Positions 60,529 to 64,000 of a DNA stretch of 64,000 nt are shown in pieces. The position numbers were made by a program, and so were the translations under genes. The stretch's first letter is position 1, and the number at the start of each line of letters is the position of its first letter. The notes under the pieces were generated by a model. The model ran no database searches and was not told where the DNA came from. It saw nothing but the letters and a program-made list of their open reading frames with translations. This DNA is from Oceanispirochaeta sp. (GTDB lineage Bacteria > Spirochaetota > Spirochaetia > DSM-2461), in NCBI GenBank assembly GCA_963663385.2, contig CAXXXD010000004.1:896001-960000 (forward strand). The letters are read 5' to 3'.

Positions 60529-61386
60529 TCAGGGTGACCTCTGGAAAGTTTCTCTTGTAAGGGGTTCTCCAACAAAGATCCCTTCCCCGCCGAGATACTC
60601 CTTTATCCCTCCGTCGATCATGATTTGAACGGCACTAACATTACTGAATTCAGTAGCTGTATAGACAATCTGTTTAAGCTGGGCGGTATAACCCTCTCGT
60701 CCCAGAGAGTTGAAACGGAATGCTTCGTTGAAATTCAGATACGCCGTATTTGCTTCCACACGGGCAGAGAGCAGCCTTGTACCGTCCGGTATCAGGGTCA
60801 GGAACCCTTTGTTTATCTCGTCAGAGCTGGGACCCTTCAGTAAACTGTTCATGGTTTCTGTAAGGGGGGATCCGTTATATTCTACAGCTCTGATATTGCT
60901 CTTCAGGGCAATTTGACCCTCCGTATTGACCTTAACATAAAACAGGCGGGCATTCCGGGTCTGCTTCTCCGGTTCTTCCTGAGAAGCAGGGGAGGCCGGG
61001 ACAACCTTTTCTTCGGGAGGGGCCGGGAGTTCGGTTATGTTCAAAACCTCTTCTTTCATTGCCGGGAGAAGGCGTTTTACCGCAGGGAGTTCCGATACTG
61101 TCTGACCCGGGGGGATCAGCTGTTCCTGCCAGAGCTGAACCCTGTCCGGCTGAAAAAACATAAATACAACCAGAGAAAGGATCAAGACTATAAAAACCAG
61201 CAGGACTATTATAACAATCTGAGGCGATTTCATCGCTTGATCCCGGGCAGGCGCCTTTTGAGCATTTCTTTTTGGGGTATTGGATTGGCTGGAACTTTTT
61301 TGCGTTGTTTTTCTTCTATTTTCAATTGTGTCTTTAGAAGAGGACATCTTTTTATACTGTTTGCGGGAGTTTTCCTGGTTTTTCAT
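60529..61386 (-). CDS. Membrane-anchored GerMN-domain protein
   Basis: Basic N-terminus, one TM, LLKGPS..TLIPDGTRLLS..QIVYTATEFSNV. Confidence 0.88.
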   Translation of the reverse strand: MKNQENSRKQYKKMSSSKDTIENRRKTTQKSSSQSNTPKRNAQKAPARDQAMKSPQIVIIVLLVFIVLILSLVVFMFFQPDRVQLWQEQLIPPGQTVSELPAVKRLLPAMKEEVLNITELPAPPEEKVVPASPASQEEPEKQTRNARLFYVKVNTEGQIALKSNIRAVEYNGSPLTETMNSLLKGPSSDEINKGFLTLIPDGTRLLSARVEANTAYLNFNEAFRFNSLGREGYTAQLKQIVYTATEFSNVSAVQIMIDGGIKEYLGGEGIFVGEPLTRETFQRSP

Positions 61387-61395
61387 ATAGATTGA

Positions 61396-61423
61396 TTATC
61401 GGCTCCGATCTCTTCCCGTTATA
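61396..61423 (-). promoter_or_regulatory. Sigma28-like promoter of the GerMN gene
   Basis: Minus strand reads TATA-N16-GCCGATAA, 9 nt before the ATG. Confidence 0.5.
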
Positions 61424-61448
61424 GAAAAAACACCATTAATATACGAGT

Positions 61449-61477
61449 TTGACAGTAATCACAAAGTTGCTTATTAT
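61449..61477 (+). promoter_or_regulatory. Sigma70 promoter of ptsI, probably leaderless
   Basis: TTGACA-N17-TATTAT-N8-ATG with no SD. Confidence 0.7.
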
Positions 61478-61485
61478 TATATTCA

Positions 61486-63228
61486 ATGAAAGAGTTTCAC
61501 GGAATATCCGCTTCTCCGGGAATCGTAATATCCAAAGCATTTCTTTATAACGAAGAAAGTATTTCCGTACCACGGTACAAGGTGAAAGAAGAGGATATTG
61601 AACACGAAATAATCCGGTACAAACAGGCTACTCAGATTGCCGCAGATGAATTGAAGGAACTAAAACGCCGGATTACCATCGAGCACAGTGAAGATGAAGC
61701 CCGTTTTCTGGATACCCATATACTTATGCTGTTTGATCCCATGTTTACAGATCAGATCTATGACAAGCTGAGAAAAGACCGTAATAATATAGAATGGGTA
61801 ATTCAGAATGTTGTAGAGGATCTGATAGAAAAACTGAATGCCTCTCCCGATCTGTATCTGCGTGAACGATCCATGGATATAAACGATATCTCCAAAAGGA
61901 TCATCAACCACTTAATGTTCCGTGAAAGGATCTCTCTGTCTGATCTTTCTACAGAAGTTATCCTGGTTACCCCCGATCTCCTTCCTTCTGATACCCTATT
62001 GATGAACAAGAGAATGGTAAAAGGCATTATTATGGATGCAGGGGGAAGAACATCCCATACAGCCATTCTGGCCAGGTCTTTCGGTATACCCGCGGTCCTG
62101 GGGTTGCGGAGCATTACCCGGGAGGTCAAGAATAACGATACAGTTATTATTGACGGGCACAGGGGAAAGGTCATTCTGAATCCTGACGAAGAGACCAAGG
62201 AGCGGTATATCCGCCTGCAGATGGAGTCTCTTAAAAGGGAATCTGAGTTAATAAACCTGAACAATCTTCCCTCGGAAACTCAGGACGGAAAGAAGATTCT
62301 CCTTAAGGCGAATATTGAGGTTTTTGAAGAGCTGGAATCGGTTCATGCCTATAATGCGGAAGGAATCGGTTTGTTTCGAAGCGAGTTTCTTGTCATGCAG
62401 CCCGGACAGGAGAAGGATGAGGATGCCCAGTTCTCTGTATATAAAAAAGTCCTGGAAGGGATGAAAGGAGCTCCTGTTACAATCAGGACCCTTGATGTGG
62501 GGGGCGATAAACTTATTAATGAAATTGCCCAGAAAGAAGAGAAAAATCCGCTTCTGGGATGGCGGGCAATCCGTTTCTGTCTGGAAAGGACGGATATTTT
62601 TAAAGTTCAGCTGAGAGCCCTTTTGAGAGCTTCCGTATACGGGCAGCTGAGGATAATGTTTCCCATGATTTCGGGAATCGAAGAATTGGAAAGGGCTCAT
62701 GCCATATTGGATGAGGTAAAACTGGAATTGAAGGGGGAAGGTATTGCCTATGCGGATCATATTCCTGTAGGATGCATGATCGAAGTTCCTTCCGCCGCCA
62801 TGACTTCCGATATCCTGGCCAGGAAAGCTGACTTCTTTTCCATTGGAACGAATGATCTGATCCAGTATACAATAGCTGTCGACCGCGGGAATGAGAAAAT
62901 AACCAGTATGTATGAACCTTTTCATCCTGCTGTACTGCGTTTGATAAAAATGATAGTGAATAACGGACATAAAGAGGGTATCCCCGTGGGGATGTGCGGA
63001 GAAATGGCCGGAGATCCGGCTGCTACTGTTATTCTGTTGGGATTGGGGCTGGACGAGTTCAGTATGAGTGCTTTCAGCCTTCCGGAAATTAAAAGAATCA
63101 TCCGTTCGGAAACAATAATTGAAGCGGAAGAATTCCTGGGAACCATTATGGAGATGAGGAGTTTTAAAGAAATTGACCGCTATGTCCGGGAATGGATGGA
63201 GGATAGATTTGACATCATCACAGGATAA
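61486..63228 (+). CDS. ptsI: Phosphoenolpyruvate-protein phosphotransferase (PTS enzyme I), no GAF domain
   Basis: [39 protein letters not shown]. Confidence 0.96.
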   Translation: MKEFHGISASPGIVISKAFLYNEESISVPRYKVKEEDIEHEIIRYKQATQIAADELKELKRRITIEHSEDEARFLDTHILMLFDPMFTDQIYDKLRKDRNNIEWVIQNVVEDLIEKLNASPDLYLRERSMDINDISKRIINHLMFRERISLSDLSTEVILVTPDLLPSDTLLMNKRMVKGIIMDAGGRTSHTAILARSFGIPAVLGLRSITREVKNNDTVIIDGHRGKVILNPDEETKERYIRLQMESLKRESELINLNNLPSETQDGKKILLKANIEVFEELESVHAYNAEGIGLFRSEFLVMQPGQEKDEDAQFSVYKKVLEGMKGAPVTIRTLDVGGDKLINEIAQKEEKNPLLGWRAIRFCLERTDIFKVQLRALLRASVYGQLRIMFPMISGIEELERAHAILDEVKLELKGEGIAYADHIPVGCMIEVPSAAMTSDILARKADFFSIGTNDLIQYTIAVDRGNEKITSMYEPFHPAVLRLIKMIVNNGHKEGIPVGMCGEMAGDPAATVILLGLGLDEFSMSAFSLPEIKRIIRSETIIEAEEFLGTIMEMRSFKEIDRYVREWMEDRFDIITG

Positions 63229-64000
63229 GATTGCCCGTTTGCCGCGGGTTGTCATCGCAGGAAGACCCAATGTAGGGAAATCTACCCTGTTTAACCGCAT
63301 TCTGAAAAAAAGAATTGCCATAACCGACCCCACTCCCGGTGTAACCCGGGACACCATCAGGCAGCGCTGTTTTTTAAAAGGGCAGGAAATCATGCTTATG
63401 GATACGGGTGGATTCAAACTGGAGCGGGATGACGATTTTGACGAACTGGTTTCTGAAAAGAGTCTGAATATGCTGAAAGAGGGGGATCTGATCCTCTTTC
63501 TGATGGATGTAAACGATATTACCAGCGAGGATGAAACTTTTATTGAACATCTAAGGCCCCATCGGGAGAAAGTCCTTCTGGTTGTTAATAAAATTGATTT
63601 TCCCGAGAAGGAAAACGAGATCTGGAATCTTTACTCTCTGGGGTTTGAGCATATAATAGGGATCTCCGCCACTCATGGCCGTAATGTGGAAGAACTCTAT
63701 GACAAAGTGCTTTCCATGATCGACTTTTCCCGTTTTGACGGTTCTCTGGAAACAGAGATAGACCCGGATATCAGTGTAGCCATTCTGGGAAAACCCAATT
63801 CGGGGAAATCCACCCTGACCAATAAACTGAGCGGTACAGATCATGCCATTGTATCCCCTATAGCCGGAACAACCCGGGATGTGATTGAGGGGCGGTTTAA
63901 GTACAAAGGGCAGAAATTCAGAGTTCTCGATACAGCGGGAATTCGAAAAAAGAAAAAAGTTATCGAGGATGTAGAGTATTACTCCGTGAACAGGGCGTTT
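63209..64000 (+). CDS. der: Ribosome biogenesis GTPase Der/EngA, truncated by the window end (not in ORF track)
   Basis: [25 protein letters not shown]; second G domain [17 protein letters not shown] in the same frame; TTG start after GGAGG. Confidence 0.95.
   Translation, partial: MTSSQDKIARLPRVVIAGRPNVGKSTLFNRILKKRIAITDPTPGVTRDTIRQRCFLKGQEIMLMDTGGFKLERDDDFDELVSEKSLNMLKEGDLILFLMDVNDITSEDETFIEHLRPHREKVLLVVNKIDFPEKENEIWNLYSLGFEHIIGISATHGRNVEELYDKVLSMIDFSRFDGSLETEIDPDISVAILGKPNSGKSTLTNKLSGTDHAIVSPIAGTTRDVIEGRFKYKGQKFRVLDTAGIRKKKKVIEDVEYYSVNRAF

Noticed and set aside
28271..63417. Long antisense ORFs opposite rplKA, rpsLG, tuf, rpsMK, rny and ptsI
   Set aside because: They are shadows of codon-biased conserved genes and carry no recognisable motifs.

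Overview
This is a bacterial chromosome segment, almost certainly from a spirochaete. That call is inferred from RpoB S531N, a str cluster without fusA, an alpha cluster without rpsD, the rplQ..rny-ymdB-tlyA-GerMN order and spirochaetal lipoboxes. Bases 1-26.8 kb hold mixed housekeeping and accessory genes: clpB (with a -1 frameshift), a 511-aa protein with a split HPr domain, a metallophosphoesterase, nudC, argH, a Na/Pi cotransporter operon with a FecR-PEGA gene, a BMP-family ABC transporter, prs and an FGGY kinase. The same stretch holds a four-gene operon encoding a class III adenylate cyclase, a FecR/FN3 protein and two beta-barrel proteins. Bases 26.9-53.7 kb are one contiguous tRNA-rpmG-secE-nusG-rplKAJL-rpoBC-rpsLG-tuf-S10-spc-alpha supercluster. 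Bases 53.8-64 kb carry a membrane protein with acidic 18-bp tandem repeats, then rny, ymdB, tlyA, a GerMN gene, ptsI and the start of der. The best candidate for an undescribed system is the cyclase operon. It looks like a trans-envelope barrel-FecR relay with cAMP rather than an ECF sigma factor as output. Its cyclase has a degenerate CheA-like N-terminus and a sigma28-like promoter. I saw no mobile element, CRISPR array or rRNA. All calls come from reading the sequence by eye; no searches or folding programs were run.
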